From: Piromyces finnis finn
Lineage: Eukaryota; Fungi; Neocallimastigomycota
Reading direction: 5' to 3'
Assembly (NCBI GenBank): GCA_002104945.1
Contig: MCFH01000043.1
Span: 414,763 to 478,762 of the forward strand
Length of the DNA stretch: 64,000 nucleotides
The notes beneath the pieces are model-generated. The model searched no databases, was not told the origin of the DNA, and saw only the letters and a program-made list of their open reading frames with translations. Both the position numbers and the translations under genes were made by a program. This document shows positions 1-13,514 of the stretch, piece by piece. Each line of letters begins with the position of its first letter. Position 1 is the stretch's first letter.

Positions 1-1249
1 AATCAGTTAAAAGAGTCTTACCATCCATAGCACATTGTCTAACTGGTTGGGTGACATCAGCCTTACCTGGCCATGAACAAGATGGCTTACAACAATCGTA
101 GTAACGAGTGGTGACACCTTTTTCAGTACCAACTGGGTATTCTTGTGGACCCCAAGTTTTGTTAATAAGATCGTAACATTCATATTCTGGAATTTCACAA
201 CCTTCATCATTAACAACATCATAACCCCAGTTGTAACCCATTTGGTTTTCAGTAACAACACAGTTTGGTAATTTACACCATGGTTTACCGTGAACACCAA
301 CAGGACCAACAGCTGGTCTAATTGGAGCAGTTGGATCTGGTTCACATAAGGAAACCCATTCGTTAACTTCCTTACAACTAGTACCAACCATACAACAGGT
401 AGAACCAGTCCAATCCTTACCACCACACTTACCATAGGCTTCAATATCTTCACCATGACAACATTGACCGTAAGAGAATACATCTGGTGGGGTACATTCC
501 ATTTCTTCATATTGTGGATAGAGAACTTCAGTAGAGGAAGAGGAAGTAGAAGTAGACTTTTTAGTAGTAGTCTTGGTTGGTTCCTTAGAAGTAGTAGCAG
601 ATGATTTTACAATACCACACCATTCGTCGTTTTCAACACCCCAGTCACCACTTTCATCACTGTAAATTACGGTATCACCTTCACAGCATGGGTAGTCTTT
701 TAAATATAGATAATTATTAATAATTTATTTAAAAAAATTTTATATATTAAAATTGAATTATTATTACATAATAATCTTTTTTTTTTAACGTATTTTTATA
801 AATACATATTAATTTTAAATATACCTGGAAGTGACCAGCAGGAAGCATCATTATTTGAAGATGGATTACATTTGGCTTCATCAATACCACACCAATCATC
901 ATTTTCTACACCCCATTTACCTTTTTATCCATTTTTTTTTTTTGAAAACAATTTTTTCACATAAAGTAATTTAAATAATAAAAATATATTGAATAATGTA
1001 CATATTTTTAATTTTATTATAAATAAAATGAGTTAATAATTAATTAATAATAATATTAAATAATTGATTGTTTTTTTATTTGTTTAAAAATATTTATCAG
1101 TATTGTTTTTTCAATAAATTACCATCATCATCTTCATAGATATCTTCACATCCTGAACAACATGGGTATCCCATACTTGTAGAAAAGCAATCAGCTTTAG
1201 CCATGGTAACTAAGGCTGATAAAATAGTAAAAATAGTTAACTTGTTCAT
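1..1249 (-). CDS. Secreted modular GH45 endoglucanase, truncated by the window edge: signal peptide, 2 fungal dockerins (CBM10-type), S/T/K linker, CBM1, small Cys/Trp module, start of GH45 domain
   Basis: Exons 1249-1123, 920-825, 696-<1 (GT-AG, both phase 1). Translation: [54 protein letters not shown]; [33 protein letters not shown]; [31 protein letters not shown] (CBM1); [20 protein letters not shown] (GH45 signature TTRYWDCCKPSC). ORF-track entry 7..510 is a wrong-frame shadow. Confidence 0.93.
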
Positions 1250-3345
1250 TGTTTTTTTATTGTATTAATTGTTTTATTGAATCAATCAATATTTGGTTTT
1301 TGTATTATTGTTAATTTTTAATTTGATAATAATTTTTTTCTTTTTTTTTTTTCAAGTTTCTTTATTTTTAAACCTATTCGAATCAATCGAACTTTTTTTT
1401 TTAGAATATTAGTTTGTTTAAATTTAAAAAAACTGTAAAAAAAAATTAAAAATAAAAATAAAAAAAAAAAAAGAAATATATTTAAAAAATTAAAAAATTA
1501 AAACTTTTTTTATTTATATATTACAAAAAAGTGTTTGTTTGTATATTCGTTATATATTATTAAAATATAAAATGAATATATTAAAAAAAAATTAAAATAA
1601 AATAAAATAATTAAAAAAAAACAATTATTTAAAATTTTTTTTAAAAGGTTAAAATTAATTTTTTATATTAAAAGGATAAAAAATAATAATAAATAAGGTT
1701 TGGAATTTAATGAATAACAATGAAATTACTAATTTTTTTTTTTAATATAAAATTCCTTTTAAATAAAAAAGATAATGTGCTTATCCTTTTTTATAATAAA
1801 TTAAATATTATAATAAACAATGAAAAAGATAATATATTCGATTATAATAAAATTATTTATTATATTAAATAGATAATTAAAATTTATTATGTATCAATTT
1901 TCATATTTTATAAATATAATAAAATATTATAATAGACTTTTTAAAAATGTGAACCATCTTTAAAAGGAAATGATACCATTTATATCATATTAATTTATAT
2001 AGAATAAAGTTATTCTTACATTAAATTAATATATAAATTATACTAAATTATTTTAAAAATATTATTAAATAAAATTTATAATCTATTATTTTTATATATG
2101 AATTAATTAATAATTAATTTAATAATGATAATATAATTTACCATCACTATTTCTATATAATAATATTTAAACTTTGTTTAATATTAAATTATATTAAATA
2201 TAATTGATAATACCATAAATAATATTTTAATATATTGACTATTATATACGAATAATTACATAATATATTGTTGAATTAATTAACAGTTGACTACCTTTTT
2301 TTTTGTGTAAATGATTTTCATATATTACAATTACACAAATTACACAATATTAAATAAGATAATGAATAATGGAAGTGGGTAGTTGATGTATTTATTGAAT
2401 ATATTATTATTCTAATATAATAATATAATATATTATAATATGAATGATTTATATTTTTGTAATAATTACACAAGAAATTACTAATATTTTAATTATCGAT
2501 GATTCATTCCTCTCGAAATGTACAATAAATGCTACAAATAATTAATACATAATACATTATTATTTAAATGATTACATAGTAAAAATAGTACAATATTGTA
2601 TTTTAACAATACTAATAATAATGATACTATTTTTTAACATTGTTATTTTTACCTATTATTGAAAGTTTTTTTTATTATATTCAACTTTACCTATATGAAA
2701 TTAGTAAATATTTTATTTTCTTGATTATTTAAAGTTAAATGAATGAAGTAGGATGTATTGGAATTTAATAAAATACGCATTTGATGAATAATATTCTATA
2801 TTTATAATATATAGCTTTTTGTAATGAATGAAAAATTTTTTTTAGATATAATAAAATATATATAAAATTATTTAAATTTTTATTACTATAATGATTGATC
2901 CTTCTTTTGAATGCTTTTCTAAAGGATAATAGTTTAGTTGGAAGTATATACAAGATATTTTAAATTATGAATGATGTATGAATACTATGTATTAATAATC
3001 ATAATGAATCAAATATACCGTTTTTTTTTCTGCTAAAAGAGCCATAAACATGTTAAATAAAAATTATATATAAAAAGTAAATTATTTAATTTTTACTATT
3101 ACTTTATTTCAAATTATTTCAATTTTATAATAAATTATGTATAAGATATGTAGTATATTTTTTTAAATATTAATATAATTTTATTTACAATAGAAAGTAT
3201 GGAACGTTTTTACTACTTATTTATCTATGATAGTTTTATTTTTTATAATTATTTTTAAAATAAAAGAATGATCTTTGGTTAAACATTAAAAAATGGTGTA
3301 TTGAATCATGTATTTTTTTAATTTTTATATATAATTAAAAAACTC

Positions 3346-3488
<143 letters not shown>

Positions 3489-4119
3489 TAATAATAATAG
3501 CAACAGATAATACTGAAAATAATAATCACAATTTAAAGCTTACATTCAAAATTTTAATCAAAGAATATTGCCGCTTTGTGTAAAATTCTAACCTTTAAAT
3601 TAAAATTTTGTCCTAACATAATTAAATTAAATTTGATGAAACAAATGAAACAAAAAAGCAAAAAAGACATTTTTTTACCCATTTACTTTACACCTGCTTT
3701 TTTGTTTTAGTAGGAAAAAAAAGTTTTGAATATTGTTTTTTATTATATGGCATTTATAAAATGCATATTTTATTATTTTTATTTATTGTTTATTATATCA
3801 ATATTATTATCACCTAATATAATGTAATATCACAAATTAAATAAATATATACAAGAAGTGTATCCTTTTTCTATTTACTAAAAAAAAAAGACATTCATAA
3901 AATAAAAAAAAGCATTAAAAATAAATGAATTTATAATAAATATTTATTATATATACAATCCACTTTTTGTTATATTATTAATAAATTCAATATTTGTTAT
4001 TAAAAATATAATGAATAAAATTATATGTTGTAGAGAAAGAATAGTTTTATAGTCATTCTAATAATTTTATTCTATAGAATGGATCAAATGATTATCATTA
4101 TTTGCATGATGCTCATGTG

Positions 4120-4190
4120 TTATGCGTTATTTTATGTAAATTAAACTTTGAATTTTTTTAAATATCTCCCAAAAATAAATTAACGCATAA
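4120..4190. repeat. 16-bp inverted repeat with 1 mismatch in the GH45/GH11 divergent intergenic region
   Basis: ttatgcgttattttat (4120-4135) and ataaattaacgcataa (4175-4190; reverse complement ttatgcgttaatttat). Confidence 0.6.
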
Positions 4191-5022
4191 AATTTGAATG
4201 GTTTAAAAATTTATTTCAAACACTTTTTTTACTATTTTACTTTCTTTGATCTTCATTTAAAGTTTTTTTTTTATTATTTAAAAAACAAAAAAAAAAAAAA
4301 AAGAAACCTAAATTTGAATAAAGAAACATTTTATTAATAAAATTATATATAAAATTATATATATTATATAATTTTTATTATATGTTCATTATATGTTCAT
4401 TACAAATTAAATTTTCATGATATAAAAATCATTATAAATCATTTATTCTTCATCTCTTTTTTTATCTATTTTTTTTATTTAAAAAAAACTTACCGTTTTA
4501 ATAAATTATATATTAATTATCCTTTTTTTTTTTAAATAATAATAATTAAAAAAAAACTTTTTATAATTTAACCACCAACTAACAACCAGAAATTAATTTA
4601 TTTTTGGTGTAACTTTTCCAACTTTTTAATATTAATATCTTTAATAAAAATTAAAAATTCACCAATAATTTTAGTTTATTTTTCATGTTCAACCTAAAGT
4701 GTAAGGACAAAATATTAAAATTTAAAAAAATGTTTCAAAAATTTAAATAATATCAAAGTTTTATTTAAAAGGTTCTACCAATAATAATAATAATAATAAT
4801 TATACATAATAATAATAATAACAAAAAAATATATAAAGAAACTATTTTCTTTATTTTTTTTGGTAATATTTTATAGAAAATAAAAAAAGTTAATTATTAT
4901 TATTGATTAATAATAAAAATAACTAGATAAAAAAAATTATTATATATATATTTCACTGGTTGAAATCTTTTTTTTTTTTAAACTATATACTCAAACACTC
5001 TCGTTTATTTAATTAATAAAAA

Positions 5023-6084
5023 ATGAAATTTTCAATTGCTACTCTCGCTTTACCATTAGCTTCTTCTTTAGTTGCTGCTCAAAGTTTCTGTTCAGGTTCT
5101 AGTCACTCTGGTCAAAGTGTCAAAGTTACTTCCAATAAGGTTGGTTCTATTGGTAGTGTTGGTTATGAATTATGGGCTGATAGTGGTAACAACAGTGCTA
5201 CTTTCTATTCTGATGGTTCATTCTCATGTACTTTCCAAAACGCTAAGGATTATTTATGTCGTACTGGTCTTTCATTCGATAGTACTAAGACCCACGATCA
5301 ACTTGGTCACATGTACGCTGATTTCAAGCTTGTTAAGCAAAACATTCAAAATGTTGATTACTCCTATGTTGGTATTTACGGTTGGAGTAGAAGTCCACTT
5401 GTAGAATATTACATTGTTGATAACTGGCTCAGTCAATGGCGTCCAGGAGATTGGGTTGGTAACAAGAAGCACGGTGATTTCGTTATTGATGGTGCTACTT
5501 ACACTGTCTACGAAAACACTCGTTACGGTCCATCTATTGATGGTGATACTCAATTCAAGCAATTCTTCAGTATTCGTCAACAAGCTCGTGACTGTGGTAC
5601 TATTGATATTACTGCTCACTTCCAACAATGGGAAAAGCTTGGTATGAAGCTTGGTAAGATGCACGAAGCTAAGGTTTTAGGTGAAGCTGGTAGTACTGGT
5701 TCTGGTACTAGTGGTACTGCTGATTTCCCATACGCTAAGGTTTACATTGGTAGTAATAATTCTAGCAGCAATAGCAACAGTAACAACAACAACAACAATA
5801 ACAACAACAATAACAGCAACAGTAGTTCATGTTCTGCCAAAATTCAACAACAAGGTTACAAGTGCTGTTCAAGTAAATGTAATGTTACTTATGTTGATTC
5901 TGATGGTACTTGGGGTTATGAAAACAACCAATGGTGTGGATGTAACAATGTTAACAACAACTCCAACTGCAGAAAAGTTGGTGATTATTCATGCTGTAAG
6001 TACACTACCGAAGTTGCTTTCGTTGATAGTGATGCTAAATGGGGTGTTGAAAACAATGACTGGTGTGTAATTAGCAATTTTTAA
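5023..6084 (+). CDS. Intronless GH11 endo-1,4-beta-xylanase with signal peptide, poly-Asn/Ser linker and two C-terminal fungal dockerins (cellulosomal)
   Basis: 353-aa ORF. GH11 motifs YVGIYGW, PLVEYYIVD (nucleophile Glu), TFKQFFSIR-like TQFKQFFSIRQ, GTIDITAHFQQWEKLG and LGEAG (acid/base Glu). Dockerins GYKCC...DSDGTWGYENNQWCG and YSCC...DSDAKWGVENNDWCV. Confidence 0.97.
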   Translation: MKFSIATLALPLASSLVAAQSFCSGSSHSGQSVKVTSNKVGSIGSVGYELWADSGNNSATFYSDGSFSCTFQNAKDYLCRTGLSFDSTKTHDQLGHMYADFKLVKQNIQNVDYSYVGIYGWSRSPLVEYYIVDNWLSQWRPGDWVGNKKHGDFVIDGATYTVYENTRYGPSIDGDTQFKQFFSIRQQARDCGTIDITAHFQQWEKLGMKLGKMHEAKVLGEAGSTGSGTSGTADFPYAKVYIGSNNSSSNSNSNNNNNNNNNNNSNSSSCSAKIQQQGYKCCSSKCNVTYVDSDGTWGYENNQWCGCNNVNNNSNCRKVGDYSCCKYTTEVAFVDSDAKWGVENNDWCVISNF

Positions 6085-6926
6085 ATTCTTAAATGAATAA
6101 AAATTATTCATTTTGAAAGATATGAAATTTTTATATGATATTTATTATTGATTAATAAATATCATAAAAATTCATAATATATTTATTGTTATTATATTAA
6201 ATGTATTTATTGTATCTTTGTATATTTTTATAAAGTAAAAATAATAAATAAAATATAATTTAAATTATAATTTATTAAATAATTGAAAATCAATTATTGA
6301 GTAAAAAAAATAATGTTGATCTATATATTTAGAAATAGTCTGATTAAAATATAAAAATTGTTCAAGTTATTGAACGCCTACAAATTAATACATGTTTGGG
6401 TTTTAATGAATGGTTGAGTTAAACTAAAAGAGGAAATATTAGAATATTTGATAGGATAGTGTATAAGTAAATTATGAATATAAATATAATACATAAAGCA
6501 TTATTATTTAATTATTTTCATATTACATTATATGTAATTATTATATAATATATAATAGTATAATAATGAATAATGCATTTAATATGGTATTTTTTTAAAA
6601 TAATATAATTTAAAGGTTGTACTAAAGGTAAAAATATCTTTAAAAAAACTATTTTTTTTATTATTATTTCTACCCTTTTAATAATTATAAATAATAATGT
6701 TTTATTTATTTATATAAGCATTTTACTTCTATAATAATTTATTAAATAATTTTAAAATTATACATTATCTAAAATACATATTATCAATATTCCCATAGTT
6801 TTTTTTTTTTTTTCTTTTTAAAATATTTTTGTAAATATATTTTTATAACATTCAAAAATAATAAAAAAAAAATTTTTTTTTCTGACATTTTTCTTCAGGA
6901 AAAGACTTTTTTTTTATTTTTTCCTT

Positions 6927-8657
6927 TTAAATTTTGCTGTAATTTTAATATTGAAAATTTAAAAAAAAATTAATATATTAATATTTTAATAGTGTATTTA
7001 ATGGGGTTATGATGAATACTTACATTTTACATCTTTTCTTCATTTCATCAAAACTATCTGGTAACTTTTTAATTTTGTTTTTACTTATATTTCTAATAAT
7101 ATTAAAAAAAAATTTTTTTTTATTAATAATATTATTTTCCATTAATTGGATTTAATTCTATTTTAATACTATTGCTGATGTTAAAATCTACATACAATTC
7201 TGTTAAATTGATGAGCTTTACAACGGTATTTGGTATGGAGATTAATTGGTTATTTTGTAATGATCTATATTATATTTTAAAAATATTAATGTTAGAGAAA
7301 ATAACTTTTTTGTAAACATAAACTTTAAAATGTTAGTTTAAAAATTAAAAAAAAAAAAAAAAACTTACAACATCTTTAATTCAGTAATTGAACCTATTTC
7401 TTCTGGTAATTCTGTTAATTTATTACCATTTAAAATTCTATTTTAATTAAGATTTAAAAAAAAACGAAAACAAATAAGAAATTATTTTAACTAAAATTTT
7501 TAAAATAAGATATATTTTTTTTTTTAATTCTTACAATTTTCTTAAATTTTTAAGATTTCCAATTTCTTTAGGTATACTTGTTAATAAATTAAAGGAAAAA
7601 TCTCTATATAAATTTATTAATATATATAATTAATATAATCAAAAAAAATATTATTTAAAATTTAAAATATTAAAGAGGTTTTTTTTTTTATTTTTTATTT
7701 TTGATATACATACAAATGTATTAAATTAACAAGTCTTCCTATATCAGGTGGTATTGATCTAATTTTATTATCATTCAGATACCTATATTATTGAGAATAT
7801 ATTATAGAATTAAAAAAAAAAAAAAAAGAAATATTTTTATTATTTCAATCTTTCAATATAGTATTAATAAAATCTAACAATAAAATTCTTACAAATATCT
7901 CATGTTAACCAAGTCTCCAATTTCACCGGGCAAGATATCAATTTTTTTATAGTAAACTTCCCTATAAATTTTGTATTTTTTTAAAATAATAAATATTAAT
8001 TAATATCTTTCAAGGTATGTATAAATTTTTATCATAAGGAACGAAGTATAAACTAATTATTATTATTATTTTTTTTTTTTAGCTTAACTTACAATGAATT
8101 TAAAGCTAAAAATTCTTCATCGGTTTTTTTCATATCTAATAATTTCATTAATGTATAATATTTACTGATTGGTTTTTCTTCAATAAGAGCATACTTTTTA
8201 CGCATCTTTTCAATATCTTTTCTATAATCATAGTCAGTTTTAATACTGTTATTACTACCACTAATATTGTTACTACTATTGGCATTACTATTAGTTTCAC
8301 TATTATTATTATTATAATTATTATTATTGTTATTATTATTATTATTATTATATTTTCCTATTTTTGAAAAGGATAAACGTCTACAATGACTTATAATTTT
8401 ATCAACTTTAGATGGATGATTTTCTTCTGCTTTTGGAACAATAAGATTATTATTATTTTCAACATCATTAAGTAATTCGGTGGTAATAATAACTTCTATT
8501 TTTTTTTAATTCAAATTCATTATATTAAATATATATATTTAATTTTTTAGTTACTTTCTTTTAAATATGATCTAAAGAAAAATTCATTATTGTTAACTAT
8601 TACTACTACTACTACTACTACTACTATTATTATTATTATTATTATTATTATTACTAC

Positions 8658-8693
<36 letters not shown>

Positions 8694-10229
8694 TACTACT
8701 ACTACTACTATTATTATTATTATTACTACTACTACTACTACTACTATTATTATTATTATTATTATTACTACTACTACTACTATTATTATTATTATTAATT
8801 TTTTTATATTTACCTCCTAATTTTGAATTTTGGTTATTGTTTGTTTTTGTTGTGCTAGGTGTTAAAGATTTTCTAAGTGATCTAAAACCATAAAATGGTC
8901 CCTTCTTTAAGTTTGATTTTCTGTCATCTTCTTTAGGATTAATAATGGTAACAGAATCCAAAATTCTAACATGATTTTCCTTTCTTGGTAATTGACGATA
9001 ATCCGAACTAAACATACTAATTTTCTTTAAAGATGATTTCAATACCATACCAGTAGATTCACTAGCTGTCGAATTTAAGGAATAATTCGAAAATTTTGAT
9101 TTTTTAATTGGGTTATTGTTTTCGTTTTCTATACATGTACATTTTGAAATGGTATTGTATTTAATATTACTAATATTACTATTATTACTATTATTATTAG
9201 ATTTAGCTTTATTATCTTTTTTATAATTAAAAGTTATTAGGTATGATAAAAAGAAAGAAAAAAAAAGATTAGTAAATAATTAATATTTAAATGAATTGAT
9301 ATAATAAGTTAATATTATATATTATATATACAAAAAAATAAAAAATAAATTATCTTACTAAATATGGCATCAAGATCAATGGATTCCTTAAGTAATTTAT
9401 TTTCTTTTATTGAAGAAAGACTCATATTACTGTTATCCTTTTCCACAGATTTATTATAATGGGGTATTGATGGTATAGCATCATTAATATCACTCTTTAA
9501 AATGTTTTTATTAATGGAATGAATTGTATTATCATTATTATTTAATTGATTAACATCTATTGATAATGATATCTCTTGATTCAATTCATTATTTATACTT
9601 TCACAAGAATGAAATTGTGAATCATCATCTTCTAAACTACCTTTATTTTCATCCATACCTTTAGTTGTATTATCAGTTACTTTAATGCTTGAGATGCTAG
9701 TTGAACTATTTTCAATATCAATTGTTAAATCATCCAAATTTTCAAGTTTGGTTATACTTTTATGATGATTTAATTCTATACTATCATTGGATCGAATTCG
9801 TTTCAAAAATTGATTATTCACAAGATATTCTATGGATTCATCATCAATACTAGTAATTTTATGATGAGTATATATATGGGATGGAAATTTTAAATGAGCT
9901 TTTGAATGATCATTATTTTCATTGTCATTATTGACATTATTAGTATTATTATTATCACTGTTGTTGTTGTTGTTACTGATGTTATTTGTAGATTCATTAT
10001 TATTATTTTTTAATAAATCCAAAAATGATGTTTTTTTACCATCACTATCGGTTATATAACTATTATTAATAATAGTATTTTCATTATCATCTAATTTTAA
10101 ATTTTCAATTGATGTAAATGATTTTTCATCTAATAATGAATCAATAAAAGTTTTTGATTCTTCTTTTACGAGTTTTGGCTCATTATCATCGTTTAAAATA
10201 TTTTTGATTTGAACTTGAATATCACTCAT
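6927..10229 (-). CDS. Intracellular leucine-rich-repeat protein (about 699 aa): long N/S/D-rich low-complexity N-terminus plus six C-terminal 23-aa LRRs
   Basis: Exons 10229-9359, 9215-8814, 8495-8093, six 69-nt exons (7961-7893, 7782-7714, 7603-7535, 7437-7369, 7264-7196, 7092-7024) and a probable terminal exon 6936-6927. The frame stays open throughout. LRRs include YLNDNKIRSIPPDIGRLVNLIHL, DFSFNLLTSIPKEIGNLKNLRKL and ILNGNKLTELPEEIGSITELKML. The last exon is less certain. Confidence 0.85.
8595..8797. repeat. Compound (AAT)/(AGT) microsatellite inside intron 2 of the LRR gene
   Basis: Alternating blocks of act and att triplets on the + strand; lies between donor 8813 and acceptor 8496. Confidence 0.9.
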
Positions 10230-11513
10230 TTTTTTTAATGGTAATTGACACTTTTTATAATCAAATGTATATATATTTCTTTTTATATAGATTTTAAAAT
10301 AAATAAACTATTATTATATATGATTATATAAGGGACATATATATATATACAAATACATATATATTTATTGTTTCAAATATAAATTAGCTATATATAAATG
10401 TTAATTTTCTTTTTTTTTTTAAGAAAAAAAGAAATAATAAGATTACATAATTCAAAAAAAAAAAAAATAAAAGAAAAAAAAAATAGAAATAGAAATAGAA
10501 ATAGAAATAGAAATCAAAAATAGAAATTAAAATTAATTATATTCATTTAAGATAAATCCAACCGAAAGAAAAAAAGGAAAAAGATATGAAAAATATAAAG
10601 TCAAATTAAAGTTTTATAATTTGATGACTTAATTCAATTAGAAAATGTTTTATTTGTCAAATTTAATGGTTAATTATAAAAAAATTAAAATTATGAATTA
10701 AGGTTAATTAAAGCAATAATGTCAACAAATTCAATAAATTATTAAAAAAATTCACGAAATTCAAATGATAATTTAGTTTCATTAAGAAAATATCTTTTTT
10801 TTTTTTTTTTAATATCATCAATTATTTTATAAATTATTTTATATATAATTAATATTTAATTATAAAATAGATTATGGTTTCATTTAGTAATTAAAAACGA
10901 AAACACTAGTTAAGTTTAAAAATCATCAATCTTATTTTATGATTTAATTTATTCAATGTTTTATCAAAAAGTTATTAAAGTTAATTTTGTTAAAATATTC
11001 CTGAAATAAAATATATTTATATGTAATATATGTATTGAAGAATAATTAGAATTACTTTGTTCGATATTATTGTTTTATTCAATATTATAACATTATTAAT
11101 TTATATATATATATATAATAAACCAATAATCATTGATGTATGAATTAAATTTATTCATATTGAAACTTTTCCATTGCTTTTCTTCTACATTACCAAATAT
11201 TATACCAAAATTTACAAAATTAAAATATTTTGGTTATGTTAATTATTATAAATATTATAAAAGAGAGAGTATGTGTATAGATGACTAAAAGGATAATTTT
11301 AAACTCTTAATGATTGATTAATTTTTATAAATAAATTCTTTATTATTTTATTTTTTATATAATTTTTTAATTTACAAAGACCAAAATTGTTTAAAAGAAA
11401 AAAAAAAATAAATTAATATATATATATATAATAAAATTAAATACTGATAATTCTATATTAAATATAATTTCTTTTTTTTTATAATCTTTAGAAAATTTAC
11501 ATAAAGGATTACT

Positions 11514-11547
<34 letters not shown>

Positions 11548-11913
11548 TGAGTTTTCACAAGCTCACAATATAATATAATAACAACTACTAATAATAAATT
11601 CTATTGCATTAATGTATTAATTTTGAAATATTATATTATTTTAAATATTCTTAAAAATATTTTATTTTATTATTATTTTTTTGTTTTTTCTTTGATTTAT
11701 TTCTTTTTTTTTTTTAAAAAAAGTTATTATTTTATTGTTGAAAATGTTTGTAATTATTGATATGTAATAAAGAATTTAATTGTTTTGTGATTGAAATAAC
11801 TACAATTAAAAAAAATATAATTTTGTTTTATTATATATATATCAATAGTGTTATAATTGTTTAATGAAACTTTTTATATTTTTGATTTCCTTTTCATTTT
11901 TTTATACGATAAT

Positions 11914-13147
11914 TTAATCGGATTTTCTTGGCATTGCTAAATCATGATTTGTATTACTTGCTTCCGAGGAAAATTGTTGTAAGGCTTCTTCTTTAACACA
12001 ACCCGATCTTGGAGGAGATGAAACTCTTTTCTCTTTATTTCCATTTATTATATCTGTATTGGAATCAATAATAACGTTTATTTTTTCTTTTTCTTTATCC
12101 TTGGTTTTTATTAAACAAGATTTAAGTTCCATATCTATTATATAAAAAGTGAGATTTATAATTACAACAATAATAATGGTAATGATATTATATATTTTTA
12201 TGTATGTGATTTTAATAAAAATAAATAATTAATTATTAGTAAAAATAAATATTATAATAGTATCGATCATAATATTATTTTATTTAAAAAAAAAAGAGAT
12301 AATTACTATTTAGATTTGTATTTACTGGATAATTATTAGAATTAACCTTCATTGAAGATCTTAGAGTACTACCTTGTTCAGTTTTCACTTTTCTTAAACT
12401 TCCAGGATCTTCTTTATTAATATCTTTATATTCATTTACGGATCTGGAACGGTTTCTATTGAGACTATTTTTATCTTTTCTTGGAGATTCACTTTTACTT
12501 CTTTCTTTATTTACACTTACAGTTCTACTTCTACTTCTATAATTTTCTTCATCATCATTTTTATCTTCTTCATTTGAATTATTATTATTGTTATTATTAT
12601 TATTAGTATTAATATAATTATTATTTCTATTAAAAGTATATTTATGTTTCTTGAATGAATTGGCATTATATTTAATATCAATAAATGGTTCATTGTAACT
12701 TGCAGCTACATATTCTTTTTCATTTTCTAATTGATCAATACTTGTAATTTTTTTACCAGACATATTATACAAAATTTTAATACATCCCGTAATTAAATGA
12801 ACATTACTATCAATAAATCTCATGAGCTATAAATTATTTAATATTATATTGATTATAAAAAATACATTTATATAATTGATATACGTATGTTAATAATCAA
12901 AATAAAATTAAATCTTAACTTTTTTAATAAATAAAAAAAAAAAATATAAACTTACTTTTTCAAATGTTGGAAATTTTTGATAAGTAACACGAATATTTGT
13001 TGGAATACTTAAACCATCACCATTTGGATATACATGTATAATCATTGGAGCAATCTTTTAAAAATTATTAATAAATATATGATTGTTTAAAAAATATAAA
13101 TAAATAATATAATTAAAAATAAATTTCATAATATTTTTAATATTTTT

Positions 13148-13183
<36 letters not shown>

Positions 13184-13481
13184 TTAACTTCATCTGGAAT
13201 AGTTTTATATGATTGATCTTTTCTTAATAATTCTTTTCCTGTAATAATATAATGTTTATCATCCTCAATTTCTTCTATTTTTTGAATTCTTTTAAATGTA
13301 GTAATATCAAATATTCTTCTAGCATTCCAAAAATCCGATAAAGTTTCTCGAATACTTAAAACCATTGCTAAAAGGGATGAACTGTTATTAAAATTTAATA
13401 CAAAACGTGTACCAGTTGATTGGAAATCTCCATTTTTATGTAAAAATATACGATATCCTTTGGTCTTAACATTTATTTTTA

Positions 13482-13514
<33 letters not shown>

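Noticed and set aside
7-510. 167-aa ORF in the ORF track
   Set aside because: Alternative-frame shadow of GH45 exon 3; the real frame encodes CBM1 and GH45 motifs.
5072-6070. Overlapping ORFs 5072..5404, 5272..5664, 5414..5647 and 5681..6070
   Set aside because: Shadow frames of the codon-biased GH11 gene; no independent motifs.
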